A stretch of DNA of 64,000 nucleotides from Malacoraja senta (taxonomy: Eukaryota). Under the pieces are notes generated by a model, which was not told the origin of the DNA, made no database searches, and saw only the letters and a list, made by a program, of their open reading frames with translations. This document shows, piece by piece, positions 62,801 through 64,000 of the stretch (within the stretch, counting starts at the first letter, position 1; the number at the start of each line of letters is the position of its first letter). A program made the translations under genes and the position numbers. The stretch is from the NCBI GenBank assembly GCA_038087875.1, contig CM075994.1, positions 10,728,001 through 10,792,000 of the forward strand. The letters are read 5' to 3'.

Positions 62801-64000
62801 ACCTCCATCCAGGGATCACTGCCTTCCTTCCAAATGAGACAAAGGTTCACGGTCACCTCATCCACTGCATCCTGTATTCCTGGTGACGCCTGGTGCACAT
62901 TCGTGTGACAGTCCAGAGTCGCTGACAATTTAGCTGACACTTGCACTCTGTCAGCCAAAGCTGCCGGATGCCAACCATTTTAACTCCTCTTCCCATTCCC
63001 ACGTTGGCCTTTCTGTACTGGGCCTTCTCCGTTGCCAGAGTGAGGCCATACACAAGCTGGAGGAACAGTGCCTCATATTCCCAACAACTTCAATAACAGT
63101 AATGTTTTATGTGCAACGGGACTGACAGACTCAGGGCAAATTTCGACCAGAGACTCGGAATGTTAACTCATGTCCTCTCTCCGCAGATCCTGCCTGACCA
63201 ACTGCGGGCCCATCCCAAGCCCACTTGACTATCTCAGCTTTGTCCACCCACACAACACGGGTCTGGGCTCAGGCAAAAACGCCTGAGTCAGAGATTGTGC
63301 AGCCCACTTTGTTGGGATTTGGGAATGCTGATTACAAATCTGGAAGATTACGGACATGGGGTGTGGAATGGCAACATTGCTTGAATGAGCGAAGATTATT
63401 TACTAACATTGGAGCCAGGAACAGAAGTGTGTCCCACAGTTTAAGGAGGGAAAGTTGTGAGGAGTGATGTAGATGCAAACTCAGATTAAGGACAAGTAAG
63501 AATTTCATTACTCCGCCTCGGTACAGATGACAATTAACAACTCATGACAATCACTCTCTCTCTTGGGCTGAGGGCGGCGATTAAAGTTTCAGCTGATGGA
63601 TTGGGTGAAAGAAGGGAAGAAACAGAGGCAGATAATCAGAGAAAAATATGTAAAAGGCGTTGGTTCATTGAAATCAAACCCACTTACAATATTGTAGGTC
63701 AGTAGATTAATACAACAGATACATTTAATACCCTGTTGTTGCAGTTGGATAATTCGCACGACCAGTAACATTGATAAGAACCGAATAGAAAGGTTGTGTT
63801 TATTTGAATGATGTGTTTGGTGCTTCTAATACTCCAATTGAAATAAACCCAAATCACTTTGGACAGCATAGCTTGCTTTTACACTCTGTGAATGTTCCTG
63901 TCTGCAAATTGACTCTTGCATTCCAATTGCCATTCCTGGCTGCACTTCAAAGAGAATTGCACCAGTTAACCACTTTGGGGTCTCCTAAAAGAGATGCGAG

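Overview
Eukaryotic, repeat-rich vertebrate DNA, most likely from a cartilaginous fish such as a skate or ray (inferred from the HE1/V-SINE, CR1 and Penelope repeat content). The window is a tandem array of five minus-strand class IV TRIM genes (RING, B-box2, coiled coil, PRY/SPRY; TRIM39/A33/NF7-like), labelled A-E from left to right. They share a six-exon plan of about 411/96/234/23/119/533 bp. A runs off the left edge. B (13950-21096) and D (34878-46870) look intact. C (24660-28743) has a nonsense codon at the end of exon 1. E (52059-58661) has a frameshift and has lost exons 4-5. Genes and spacers are segmental duplicates (1-7600 matches about 26861-34557; 7600-12550 matches about 59035-64000). 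A microhomology junction at about 7600 marks a probable loss of gene copies. Spacers and introns carry CR1, L2, Rex1/Babar-like and Penelope (RT + GIY-YIG) retroelements, tRNA-derived SINEs and many Penelope-type minimal hammerhead ribozyme motifs. Several insertions are copy-specific, with empty sites visible in paralogues. There are no prokaryotic features or CRISPR arrays. Most short ORFs in the track are repeat-derived or antisense artefacts. All exon boundaries and alignments were read by eye.
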